Shown: positions 35,744-44,975 of the stretch, in pieces
How the letters are laid out: every line of letters starts with the position of its first letter
Position numbering within the stretch: the stretch's first letter is position 1
Virus record (IMG/VR): IMGVR_UViG_3300010206_000038
Span: 1-56,164 of that record
Length of the DNA: 56,164 bases
Source of the DNA: a virus
Lineage: Duplodnaviria; Caudoviricetes
Strand: one strand, 5' to 3'
Made by a program: the position numbers and the translations under genes
Notes under the pieces: model-generated
Seen by the model: only the letters and a program-made list of their open reading frames with translations
Database searches by the model: none
Told to the model about the DNA's origin: nothing

Positions 35744-36049
35744 ATGACAAGAGACGACACCGACGAGTGTGTCACATTCCTTAATTCACTTGCGAAAATT
35801 GACCCGGTGGCGATGGGCGCGCTCGTTGCCGCTCGCGTGCCGTGTTCGCGGCTCCTCGCCGATCACCCGAGCGTCCAGGTCGCCGCTGGATCTGACGGCG
35901 TCACAACGGTTGGTATCCTGGGGGTGATAAACGGCTACTGCGGGGTCATCGAAGGCGGAAAATTCGACGGATGGGGTCCGGTCATGGCCGTCCTTGAAGA
36001 GGATGGAAGCGTGACTGCATTCCGCCGAACGGATTCCGATGCCAAATGA
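35744..36049 (+). CDS. Hypothetical protein
   Basis: GAGG RBS; LADHPSVQV...VGILGVING motif. Confidence 0.65.
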   Translation: MTRDDTDECVTFLNSLAKIDPVAMGALVAARVPCSRLLADHPSVQVAAGSDGVTTVGILGVINGYCGVIEGGKFDGWGPVMAVLEEDGSVTAFRRTDSDAK

Positions 36050-36501
36050 TCGACGAAACCGCCATCCGCACCGCCTTTGAATCCGTCCTCGGCTCGACCT
36101 TTGCTGGACTGCCCGTGTCCCGGATCGGTGAGGGCGCGGACCCGACTGGCCCGCACATTCGCACCTATCTGGTCAAGGAGCGGCGGTTCGAACTCTATTA
36201 CGGCATCCGGCGCGCTAAGGGGCTATTCGGCGTTCTGGTCCACACCCCGTTCGGAGACGGCATCGACGCGCCAGAGGCCATCGCTCAGCAAATCCCGCCG
36301 CTCTACCGCACCGACGAGAGCCGCAACGCGACGATCTTCACCGCCGCCGGTCGGCCGATCACGATCCGCGAAATCTCGCTGATGACGACCTATCGCGGGG
36401 TGGATGAGCAGGCTGCTAGCGAGTCGGCAGGAACAATGCTCCCGTGGCTTATCACCCCGGTCCAGATCGACTGGCGCGTCGATATCACCGCAACCGTGTG
36501 A
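36046..36501 (+). CDS. Tail terminator-like protein
   Basis: G...V.V.TP.G.G and W..TPVQIDWR pattern; gene position. Confidence 0.65.
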   Translation: MIDETAIRTAFESVLGSTFAGLPVSRIGEGADPTGPHIRTYLVKERRFELYYGIRRAKGLFGVLVHTPFGDGIDAPEAIAQQIPPLYRTDESRNATIFTAAGRPITIREISLMTTYRGVDEQAASESAGTMLPWLITPVQIDWRVDITATV

Positions 36502-36505
36502 ATCC

Positions 36506-36730
36506 ATGATGATCTGGTCGAACTGCCTCATCGCTGCCGTGGCCGCATGGCTGCGCTGTCCGTGCGGTGTCCGGATCAGATTTGTCCGCAATCGGTCACG
36601 GCGCTTGCACTGCGTCTGGGATTTCTGCGGATCAACTTTTGAGTTCTACGCACCGGGGCGGTCCACCAAGCCGTATTGGCGGAACGTCATTTATCGGGGC
36701 ATCGTTCGTCCAGTCCCCGCAACCGTGTGA
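36506..36730 (+). CDS. Small inserted hypothetical protein
   Basis: ORF bounded by a 14-bp direct repeat. Confidence 0.55.
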   Translation: MMIWSNCLIAAVAAWLRCPCGVRIRFVRNRSRRLHCVWDFCGSTFEFYAPGRSTKPYWRNVIYRGIVRPVPATV

Positions 36731-36737
36731 GGCGATT

Positions 36738-36959
36738 ATGCCCGAACATTTCGACGCCGCCCTTTTCGGAAAGGATGCGGGAGGATTCGTCTTTGGCGGC
36801 GACCAGGTAAAGGTCGCCACGGCCCTCCGCGCCCTGGCCGATCGGATCGAGGCCCGGGCCGCGCTGCTGCTCAAGGTCCATAGTGGGTCGTTCTTGCGTC
36901 CCGACGACTATGCCGAGCGGTCAGTCCTGATCCGCTACGTCGAAAAAGTATCCCCCTAG
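36738..36959 (+). CDS. Small hypothetical protein
   Basis: GAGG RBS. Confidence 0.55.
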   Translation: MPEHFDAALFGKDAGGFVFGGDQVKVATALRALADRIEARAALLLKVHSGSFLRPDDYAERSVLIRYVEKVSP

Positions 36960-36973
36960 ACCAGGAACCCGCC

Positions 36974-37207
36974 ATGCCCGATACCGCCCTCGCCGACGCG
37001 CAAGCGCCGGAAGCCGAAGCTTTGCCCGCGCCGGTCCCGCCCGACCCCGAGCCGCCTCGCACCGCTACCCCGGCTGAGTCCTTCCTCGCGTGGTGGGCCG
37101 CCACCGTCCCGAACAGCCCGTTGAGTCGGGACACCGCCCGCTACAACCGCCTATTCGATCTGCGGTCGCAGTTTCTGACCGCCCTTTCCTCTGTGACCGG
37201 AGGGTGA
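36974..37207 (+). CDS. Small hypothetical protein
   Basis: AGGA RBS. Confidence 0.55.
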   Translation: MPDTALADAQAPEAEALPAPVPPDPEPPRTATPAESFLAWWAATVPNSPLSRDTARYNRLFDLRSQFLTALSSVTGG

Positions 37208-37208
37208 G

Positions 37209-37487
37209 ATGCCCGATGCCATCCCTATCAGTCGGCCGGTAACAATCAACGGGAAAGTCGTGGCGATGACGCCCGGCATCTCTGAGAACAGCGTCATTCG
37301 CATTGTGTCGCATCTTCGCGAAATCGCCGATGAATTGGAATCCGGGGCGCGCGGGCTTGTTGGCCTCTCGCTGGCATTCCCGCCCAATTGGACCGTGGGC
37401 ACTTCGTACAAAATTTCGGTTGAGGTCGGAGATGTGATTCCGGCCGACCGGCGACACGCCCTTGGGCAAGGCCAAGCAGCGCCGTGA
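37209..37487 (+). CDS. Small hypothetical protein
   Basis: GGAGG RBS. Confidence 0.55.
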   Translation: MPDAIPISRPVTINGKVVAMTPGISENSVIRIVSHLREIADELESGARGLVGLSLAFPPNWTVGTSYKISVEVGDVIPADRRHALGQGQAAP

Positions 37488-37564
37488 GGCGCCGCATCTC
37501 CCGATAGAGCCCAACCCACCACCAGCGCCGTGAGGCGCCGACCCTCCCTTAGATGGAGCTACCC

Positions 37565-38500
37565 ATGGCCCAGTACAGCTTCGGATCGGGCAACCTGATC
37601 CTCGTCCCCCTCGCGTCCGCCGCCTCGACCCCTGTCGCTTTCAAGGCGCTTCAGGATATGTCGCTCGACTTCAAGTTCGACAAAAAGGTTTTGCACGGCC
37701 AGAAGCAGTTCCCGCTGGCCGTCGCGCGCGGCAAGGGTAGCGTCGAGGGAAAGTTCAAGGACGCCTCGGTCAATTCCGCCCTGTTCAACAGCGTGTTCTT
37801 CGGTGACACGGGCGCGACCGGCCAGCTTTTGGCTGCGATCAATGAGGCAGGCGTTATCCCCGCCGCCGTCACGCTTACGACCAGCGCCGCGACCGCGTCC
37901 GGTTCTTCCTTGACGTTCACCGCTACGACCGGTGTGGTTGATGGTGTGACGGTCACGGGAACCAATATCGCTGCCGGAACCACCGTCCTCTCCCATACCA
38001 GCACCGGCGTCGTGCTGAGCCAGGCCGTCTCTGGCAATGTGTCCTCGGGCGCGACCATCACCTTCGGCCCGTCGATCCTGGTGGCGAATTCCGCCACGTT
38101 TGCGACCGACGGCGGCGTCAGCAATGCCGCGACCGGCCAGCCCCTGACCAAGGTGGCAAGTGCCCCGACGATCGGCCAGTATTCGGTGTCGGCGACCGGT
38201 ACCTATACCTTTGCCGCCGCCGATGCCGCGAATGCCGTGGTCTTCAGTTATACCTATACCGCCACGACCGGCGGCGTGGTCACCACGATCACCAACAAGG
38301 ACATGGGCGCGGCCCCGCTGTTCAAAACGATCTACACCACCGCGTACCAGAACAAGCGCCTGACCATCCAATTGAACTCATGCCAAGTGGATGATCTGAA
38401 GCTGTCGGCGAAGAACGATGACTTCGCCATCCCTGAAATGAGCTTCAGCGCCTTCGCTGACTCGGCGGGTAATATCGGCATCGTGTCGGTGACGGAGTAA
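37565..38500 (+). CDS. Major tail tube protein with inserted beta-rich domains
   Basis: YSFGSG.L, LQDMSLDF...K.LHGQ.QFPLAVARGK and DDFAIPE.SFSAFAD; upstream of chaperones and tape measure. Confidence 0.85.
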   Translation: MAQYSFGSGNLILVPLASAASTPVAFKALQDMSLDFKFDKKVLHGQKQFPLAVARGKGSVEGKFKDASVNSALFNSVFFGDTGATGQLLAAINEAGVIPAAVTLTTSAATASGSSLTFTATTGVVDGVTVTGTNIAAGTTVLSHTSTGVVLSQAVSGNVSSGATITFGPSILVANSATFATDGGVSNAATGQPLTKVASAPTIGQYSVSATGTYTFAAADAANAVVFSYTYTATTGGVVTTITNKDMGAAPLFKTIYTTAYQNKRLTIQLNSCQVDDLKLSAKNDDFAIPEMSFSAFADSAGNIGIVSVTE

Positions 38501-38505
38501 TTGGC

Positions 38506-38892
38506 ATGAGCATCGCCAACGAAACCGGCTCCATCACCCTGGCGGGGGAGTCTTTCCCCGTCCGGGCCTTCACGCTCGACGAACTCCAGACCGCCGTTCC
38601 GCTCATCACCGGCTATTACGAGGCGTTCCGTGTCGGCGATGGTGTCGCCCCGATCGCGGCCGCCAAGAAGGTCCTCGCCCTGGCCCTGCGGAAGGAAGAG
38701 GCCGAGATCGGCAGCATCCCGGCCACCGTCGCCGATCTGTGGTCCGCCATCGACGTTATTGCGGAGGTGGCGGGATTGAAGGCCCTGGGGGAGCGGATGA
38801 GGGCGACGACCCCGGCGATGTCGACTGGGACCGACTCTATGCCGACCTCGTCAACTTCGGCGCCGGAAACTGGGACGCCGTCGGGCGGCTGA
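38506..38892 (+). CDS. Tail assembly chaperone (G-like)
   Basis: Gene position; overlapping -1 frame ORF. Confidence 0.75.
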   Translation: MSIANETGSITLAGESFPVRAFTLDELQTAVPLITGYYEAFRVGDGVAPIAAAKKVLALALRKEEAEIGSIPATVADLWSAIDVIAEVAGLKALGERMRATTPAMSTGTDSMPTSSTSAPETGTPSGG

Positions 38893-39077
38893 CCCTGCAT
38901 AGGGTTAAGGCGCTCTATTCCGCTTGGGAGCGCACACCACCCGTCGCCGTGATGGTGGCCGGGTATCTCGGCTACAAGGGCAAAGACAGCCCGAGCGGAA
39001 CCGATGTGAAGAAGGCCGGGCTGGCTCAGTTCCTGGCCGATTTTGGTGCGGCAGGCGGCGTGGTGATGGGAGGGTGA
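38787..39077 (+). CDS. Tail assembly chaperone T segment (via -1 frameshift)
   Basis: GGGGGAG at 38787-38793; the -1 frame reads DWDRLY...LTL.RVKAL..AW...PP. Confidence 0.65.
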   Translation, partial: GGADEGDDPGDVDWDRLYADLVNFGAGNWDAVGRLTLHRVKALYSAWERTPPVAVMVAGYLGYKGKDSPSGTDVKKAGLAQFLADFGAAGGVVMGG

Positions 39078-39078
39078 T

Positions 39079-39669
39079 GTGTCGTCCGACCTTGACCCTC
39101 AACTTGCCACCATCAACGCCGCCCTTCTCGCCCAAATCAAAGCGGCTGAGATCAAGGTGGCCCGGGATGCAATTGACCGTGTCGTCCGTGAAAACCACCC
39201 CAGCGCCGTCGAGATCATCGTCGATGGCGTTCCGGGCCGGCCTGTTGAGGAGGTCCAGCCCTTCGGCGTGATCGAGGCTCATTTCGGCTACGGCACCGAG
39301 ATTGTTTCCGCTGCGCTCGAAATCCTCCGCGCCCTGAGCCCAGTCAAGACGGGGGCCTATCAGCGGTCGCACCAGATCTATGTCGATGGATCGATGGTGC
39401 CGGATGGTGCCGACATCGGAGCGGCTAACCATATCGTGATCGCCAGCACGCTCCCTTACTCGAAGAAGATCGAGCATGGCGAATCTAAGCAGGCCCCAGA
39501 CGGCGTCTATGCTCATGCGGTGGATACCCTGCGCCGCCGATTTGGAAACTCCTACCGCATTGAAGCCGGGTGGGCCGGGATTGGCGGTGATGCGGTCATT
39601 GGCGGCAGTGCCGGGAATAAATCTGACGGGCGATATCCCGCCCTTGTCATTGATCGGATCGCGCCATGA
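39079..39669 (+). CDS. HK97 gp10-like tail completion protein
   Basis: SPVKTGAYQRSH and LPYSKKIEHGESKQAPDGV motifs. Confidence 0.8.
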   Translation: MSSDLDPQLATINAALLAQIKAAEIKVARDAIDRVVRENHPSAVEIIVDGVPGRPVEEVQPFGVIEAHFGYGTEIVSAALEILRALSPVKTGAYQRSHQIYVDGSMVPDGADIGAANHIVIASTLPYSKKIEHGESKQAPDGVYAHAVDTLRRRFGNSYRIEAGWAGIGGDAVIGGSAGNKSDGRYPALVIDRIAP

Positions 39670-42600
39670 GCGATGACGTTGTTGCCCTGAAAGTCGATGC
39701 CTCTGCGGGCGTCCAGGCCTATAAGGACATGGTCGAGGCCGCCGCCCGCGCATCCGAGGCTCAGGCCCGGTTCGCGTCGATCGCGGCAATCAATCAGCGC
39801 GCCCTGGAAAGTTCGGCTGCCAGTGCCGCCATTCTTGCGACAAATCTCGGAAAATCGTCGGACGCAGCCAACCGTGCCGCCGAAATGCACGCCCGTCTAT
39901 CTGCCGCGACCGGCACTGCCGCGTCGCACCTCGATAGCGTTTCGTCCAAGCTCGATCTGGTTGGGAAGGCCGCTGGCGTTGCTTCGACCGGCCTGGATGC
40001 GGTGGGATTTATCCCGGCCGGACTCGCTGCGTCGGAAATGTCGGCGAAGATCGAGACGACGGTTGGCATCCTGGACGCCGCCTCAGCAGCCGCGAATTAC
40101 GCCTCAGAATTTTTCAGCAGCTTCTCGGAAAAGGCGCTCGCCAGCGCCGCCGCGAACGACACTCTTGCCGCCGTGTCGGCGAAGACGATCGATGCCGAAG
40201 GGCGGCTGACCTCCGAGACGAAGGAACTGACCGCGGCTACGGCGCAATCCGTTGAGGCGTCCAACAAGGCGGGCGAGGCCGAAAGCTCGAACACGGCCTA
40301 TTATGTCGCTGCGGGCGTCGCTCTGGCCGGGCTGGCTGCTGCGACCTATGCGTCCGTCCAGGCCATCTCCTATATCGCCGAACAGCTTTACGACGCGGGG
40401 GTTGCCGCCAAGGATTGGGTGTCCGATATAAGCGGCGCGACCGGGCTGGAGGAGCAGTTCGCCCAGGGCGCGCTGGATGCCGCCGAGGCGCACCGGGTTC
40501 TTGCTCTCGAATTGGGCGCGCAGGCCGATGCGCTGGCTCACGTCGCTGAGATCGCCTCCGACTACGACGTCTCGACCGAGCAGGCAACCTCCGGTCTGCG
40601 CCGCATGATCGAGGTGCTGACGGTTGGAAATGAGAAAACAGCCGAGGCCCGCGACGTCTTGCGGTCCTATATCGGCAGCCTCGACGGCCTGACCGCCCCC
40701 GAAGCGTTGGACAAGTTCGCTGAGCGGATGAATACCGTTCGCGACGGTGCGGCAAAAACTCGTGATGTGCTGTCAGTCCTCGGGACTGATGGCGTCAAAT
40801 GGCTCAAGGGCATCGCCGACGGCGGGGCCGAAGCGTCGCACTCCTTCACAGAAACGGATCGGATTGCGGCTGTCCTTGCCGCGACGATCGCCGCTAGCAA
40901 CGCCAAGATTGCCGAACACAAGACCTATTGGGAACAGGTGATTGAGCGAATTGATGCGTTGGTTACCCGCACGGACGAGTTCAAAGCGAAACAGGAATAC
41001 GCACTGTCGCACATCGCTGTGGCGTGGCGTGAGATGGGCAACACCAACCAGTCGGTCGGGGAGGAAATTTCCAACGTCTGGAATGGGATGATCCAGACTG
41101 CCGAGGATTATGGCCGGGTTATCGCGGAGAAGATCATCCCTCTCCAAGGGATGGTGAAGCCGCTTGTCGTCCCCGAATTACCTAAGGACACCCGGCCCGA
41201 GCCGGCCGAACGGCTTGATCCCCGGCGATCCGCCGTCAACGCGCAGATATTCGCCGCCCAGAACCAGGGCGGTGACATGGCGAATTGGCGCGAGCAATGG
41301 AAAGACGAGGTCGCCTCTGCGTCCGATGTCGCCAAGGCGGGCGAGCGGGCGTATTGGGCGTCGAAACTGGAGATTGCCGAGGAGGATGCATCCCTCTATC
41401 GGCAGGTCCGCGACCAGATCGCCGCGCTCGACAAGGCCGAGGCCGATCGGTCATTGCAGGCCACCGTCCTGAAGCTGCGGGCCGAGGAACAGGAAGTCGC
41501 CAAGAATGGCGCGGCCAAGGTCGCCAAGCAGCGCGAGATTGCCGAGGCCGTCCGCGCCGCCAAAGGTGACGATTCGGTCGAGTATCTGGCCGAGATGGTC
41601 AAAGTCCAGCAGGCCGAGCGGGAGGCCGGGCAGCAGACGGCCCGGATCAAACAGGATGCGGCGGAAGCGGCGGCGAAGATTTCCCTCTCCAGCCTGGATG
41701 CCGAGCGCGATACCCTGGCGCAGCAGCGGGCCATGGGCGAGATTTCTGCCGCCGACGAACTGACCCGGGCCGTCGATATCGAGGACCGGAAGCGGGCGAT
41801 CAAACTGTCCGCAGCGCAACAGCGCCTCGCCGATCTGAAGACCCACGATTCGTCGAATATCGAGGAGGTCCGCAAGGCGGAGGAAGCCATCACCCAGTTG
41901 ATGGCCGAGCAGGAAGCCCAGCGGGCGAAGGACCGGAACGCCGCTGCACTGGAGCGCCAGAAGGCGGCGAAGGAACTTGCTCTGATTGAGGCCGAGGGGC
42001 TGGCGAGCCAAGCCAATTTCAATGTCGATTCCCGGCAGAAGGACGTCAGCTTCGGGAAGTCGATGGGCACCATCGACGGATCGCAGGAAATCGCATCCGC
42101 CCGCGCTATTGCCCAGGAAAAATATCAGATCGAGCGCGACTTGCTCGATAAGAAACTTCAACTCGCCGGACAGGATGAAACAGCCCAAGCCCGGGTTGCA
42201 AATCAATTGGTTGATCTGGAGCAGCGACGCGCGCTTCAGATGAAGCAGATTGACCACCAAGAATCGCTGAACCGGGTGGCCGAGATCAATGCCGTCGTCG
42301 CGCCATTCACGTCGGCAACGCAGCAGATGACCCAGGGTTTCATTCAGGGCACCCTGACCCGGCAGCAGCTTGCCAACCGTGCCGCCCAGTCAATCGCGAT
42401 CAGTTACGCGAACATGGGCGTCAAGGTGGCGACGGATTGGCTGCAAAAGCACGTCCTGATGGCGGCATACGACAAGCTGTTCGCGACGCGAGAAGTCGCC
42501 CAAGCAGCAGCGACTGAGTCCGCCAAGACGGGGGCGGCGGTGACAGGAACGGCAGCCAGGAATGCGGTCGGCTCCACCGAGGGGCAAAGCTCCATTGCTC

Positions 42601-43280
42601 AGATGGCATCAACGGTGGCCGAGTGGTTTGGGTTTGAAACGGCAAAAACCGGTGCCACAATCGCCGGGGAAAGTACCAGGGCTGCCGCATCGGCCGGCGC
42701 CGCCGCTGAGAAGAAAGCCATCACGGCCCCGTTGGTGTTGTCGGACGCGGGGGAAGCAGCGGCGAACGTCTATGCCAATGTCTCGGCAATTCCCTTTGTC
42801 GGCTGGATCATGGCCCCGATTGCAGCGGCGACGGCTTTTGCCGCCGTAGCGGCGTTTGCAGAGGGGGGGTGGGATGAAGTCCCAGGCGATGGGCACCCCG
42901 CCATTCTTCACAAGCAGGAAATGGTCCTCCCCGCAAAGTTTGCCACTCCGCTTCGCGCCATGCTGCTCGATGGCGGTGCGTCACCCAAAGTACCGAACTA
43001 TGGCGTCTCGGCTGGCGTCACTATGCCCCGCTTTGGGCTGCCCGATTTTATCCGCCAGTCTCCAGCGGCTAATTTTGCCACGAACGAAAATGCGAGCGGC
43101 ACGGTGAGGGGGGGAGACACCTACCATATTTCAGCCCCGGTGACCGTCTCGGCAATTGACGGCGCTTCAGTCAAGCGAGTGCTGCTCGACAACCCCGGCG
43201 CAGTCGGATCGGCTTTTGCCAAAGCGGTCAAGGACGGCCACGCCGATGCCTTGGCCGCCATAAAGCATACTCGCAAATGA
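39666..43280 (+). CDS. Tape measure protein
   Basis: 1204 aa, Ala-rich helical; C-terminal AIPFVG...AEGGW..PG...ILH..EMVLP. Confidence 0.92.
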   Translation: MSDDVVALKVDASAGVQAYKDMVEAAARASEAQARFASIAAINQRALESSAASAAILATNLGKSSDAANRAAEMHARLSAATGTAASHLDSVSSKLDLVGKAAGVASTGLDAVGFIPAGLAASEMSAKIETTVGILDAASAAANYASEFFSSFSEKALASAAANDTLAAVSAKTIDAEGRLTSETKELTAATAQSVEASNKAGEAESSNTAYYVAAGVALAGLAAATYASVQAISYIAEQLYDAGVAAKDWVSDISGATGLEEQFAQGALDAAEAHRVLALELGAQADALAHVAEIASDYDVSTEQATSGLRRMIEVLTVGNEKTAEARDVLRSYIGSLDGLTAPEALDKFAERMNTVRDGAAKTRDVLSVLGTDGVKWLKGIADGGAEASHSFTETDRIAAVLAATIAASNAKIAEHKTYWEQVIERIDALVTRTDEFKAKQEYALSHIAVAWREMGNTNQSVGEEISNVWNGMIQTAEDYGRVIAEKIIPLQGMVKPLVVPELPKDTRPEPAERLDPRRSAVNAQIFAAQNQGGDMANWREQWKDEVASASDVAKAGERAYWASKLEIAEEDASLYRQVRDQIAALDKAEADRSLQATVLKLRAEEQEVAKNGAAKVAKQREIAEAVRAAKGDDSVEYLAEMVKVQQAEREAGQQTARIKQDAAEAAAKISLSSLDAERDTLAQQRAMGEISAADELTRAVDIEDRKRAIKLSAAQQRLADLKTHDSSNIEEVRKAEEAITQLMAEQEAQRAKDRNAAALERQKAAKELALIEAEGLASQANFNVDSRQKDVSFGKSMGTIDGSQEIASARAIAQEKYQIERDLLDKKLQLAGQDETAQARVANQLVDLEQRRALQMKQIDHQESLNRVAEINAVVAPFTSATQQMTQGFIQGTLTRQQLANRAAQSIAISYANMGVKVATDWLQKHVLMAAYDKLFATREVAQAAATESAKTGAAVTGTAARNAVGSTEGQSSIAQMASTVAEWFGFETAKTGATIAGESTRAAASAGAAAEKKAITAPLVLSDAGEAAANVYANVSAIPFVGWIMAPIAAATAFAAVAAFAEGGWDEVPGDGHPAILHKQEMVLPAKFATPLRAMLLDGGASPKVPNYGVSAGVTMPRFGLPDFIRQSPAANFATNENASGTVRGGDTYHISAPVTVSAIDGASVKRVLLDNPGAVGSAFAKAVKDGHADALAAIKHTRK

Positions 43281-43335
43281 TGACTCTCCCCCTCGGCTGC
43301 GGCAGGATGTCCTTGTTGCAACTGAAGGGGTATGG

Positions 43336-43707
43336 ATGATGCGGGAAGTGATCGCGGCGGCGATTGTGGCGTTGAGTCTGGCAGGGTGTGCCAACGTCGG
43401 AAATAAACAGATTGTCGATAACAATAATGTAGCAAAAATAAAAGCGGGGGAAACAACCAAAGATCAGGCAAGGGCAATTGTTGGAGAACCGTCTAAGGTA
43501 ATATTCTCTGACAGCGGAGAAGAAACTTGGGAATATGAGTTTTCTTCGTACAGATCAAATCCCGCTCAATTCGTCCCAATCGCAGGGCTTTTTGCCTCCG
43601 CTGACGTCGAAAAGCACACCCTCACGGTCAGGTTTAGACAGGACGGTATCGTGAAGGAAGTTGGAAAGGGTCGTGTGACCGGCAAGGCGGGCGGCCTTGG
43701 GGAATGA
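43336..43707 (+). CDS. Lipoprotein, BamE/SmpA/OsmE-like (moron)
   Basis: Lipobox LAGC; IKAGETTKDQARAIVGEP...WEY...LTVRF..DGIV; AT-richer. Confidence 0.85.
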   Translation: MMREVIAAAIVALSLAGCANVGNKQIVDNNNVAKIKAGETTKDQARAIVGEPSKVIFSDSGEETWEYEFSSYRSNPAQFVPIAGLFASADVEKHTLTVRFRQDGIVKEVGKGRVTGKAGGLGE

Positions 43708-44672
43708 CCAGCGAAAGGGTGAGCGGCAGAATTCGCGAATGGCTGATCCGTGTGTTTTCGCGCGCGATCAGCGGAGTATCGAACGAGGATGACCGGCGCG
43801 AAATCGCGGACTGGCTTGTCAGATCGCGGGATATCCTAGCCGGAGACGGAACGAAGAGAGAGAAGTTCACGACACTTTACGGGCTGATGGATACTCGAAA
43901 GACGGTCAAGGTCTTCGCCCACAGCGTCGTCGAGACTGTCAAGAACTACAAAAACGCCGACCTGCCGCTTCCGGTGAAGATCGCCATCCCTATAACGCTG
44001 TTCGCAGCGCCGTTCGTCGGCGGACAGGGCGCAGGCGTGGCCGCCATCGGAGGTGCTATCGGCCTTCCCGTGCTGCTGTTGATCTTCCTGGGGACCGCCG
44101 GTATCACGGCCGTTCTGGAAAGCTTCACAACTCACAAGGACTCGGCACCGCTCGTAATGAGCATCCTCGGAATCATCGCTGAAGACGAAATTTCTCGGCG
44201 CGTCAGTGCGGCGATGAAAGCCGCGATGAGAGACGATCCGACCGAGTCGAAGCGGCTCAAGATGCCCCAGGCCGACGACAAGCTTCGCCAAAAGCTGTTG
44301 GAGATGGACCCGTTCGATTTCGAACGACATGTCGTCAGTTTTTTCAGCGTCGCCGGGATGGAAGCCTGGGTGACGCGAAAGTCGAACGACTTCGGGGTTG
44401 ATGGGTTCGCACGGGGCGTTGATGGACTGATCGTCATCCAGTGCAAGCGGTATGCGCCCGACAATCCAATTGGGGGTCCGGCTGTTCGCGAGTTCAAGGG
44501 GGTGATTGAGGAAAACGGAGCGGCGCGCGGCTATCTGGTCACGACATCAAGGTTCACTGCGGATGCGGTGAATTCCGCAGAAAAATCGTCAACTCTCGAA
44601 CTGGTGGACATGGACGTTTTAACGCGATGGCATGCTGATCCACCGTTCAAAACGTCGAAGGTAGCGGGCTAA
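43704..44672 (+). CDS. Membrane-anchored Mrr-like restriction endonuclease (moron)
   Basis: MDPFDFE...SNDFGVDG...IVIQCKRY...VTTSRFT Mrr_cat motifs; central hydrophobic Gly-rich hairpin. Confidence 0.88.
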   Translation: MTSERVSGRIREWLIRVFSRAISGVSNEDDRREIADWLVRSRDILAGDGTKREKFTTLYGLMDTRKTVKVFAHSVVETVKNYKNADLPLPVKIAIPITLFAAPFVGGQGAGVAAIGGAIGLPVLLLIFLGTAGITAVLESFTTHKDSAPLVMSILGIIAEDEISRRVSAAMKAAMRDDPTESKRLKMPQADDKLRQKLLEMDPFDFERHVVSFFSVAGMEAWVTRKSNDFGVDGFARGVDGLIVIQCKRYAPDNPIGGPAVREFKGVIEENGAARGYLVTTSRFTADAVNSAEKSSTLELVDMDVLTRWHADPPFKTSKVAG

Positions 44673-44685
44673 TCAATTTAATGGC

Positions 44686-44880
44686 TCAATGCCCCAGCAG
44701 CTTGGCGAGACCGAACATCGCGCCGAGCACCAGGGCGGTGTTAACGACGACGGCACCGAGGATCGTCTTGGTCAGATCGGCCTTGGCCTCGGCGATCTTG
44801 GTGCCGAAGTCAGTCCGGATAATGGCGCTTTCCCGGTCCAGATCATCCTTGCTGACAAGCTCTCGGCTTGTCGCGTCGTC
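44686..44880 (-). pseudogene. 3' remnant of a DUF1640/CCDC90-like gene
   Basis: Frame reads ELVSKDDL...KIAEAKADLTKTILGAVVVNTALVLGAMFGLAKLLGH*; no upstream start codon in frame. Confidence 0.55.
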
Positions 44881-44931
44881 TCCAGGCGGAAGATCAGCCG
44901 GGCAGCATGACTTTCGCCACGTCGAATCAAT

Positions 44932-44961
44932 AAAGGCCGCCCCCGGGTGGCCTTTTCTTTT
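44932..44961. terminator. Intrinsic terminator, possibly bidirectional
   Basis: AAAGGCCGCCC-CC-GGGTGGCCTTT followed by a T-rich tail. Confidence 0.75.
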
Positions 44962-44975
44962 GGAGCCACGCCAGC

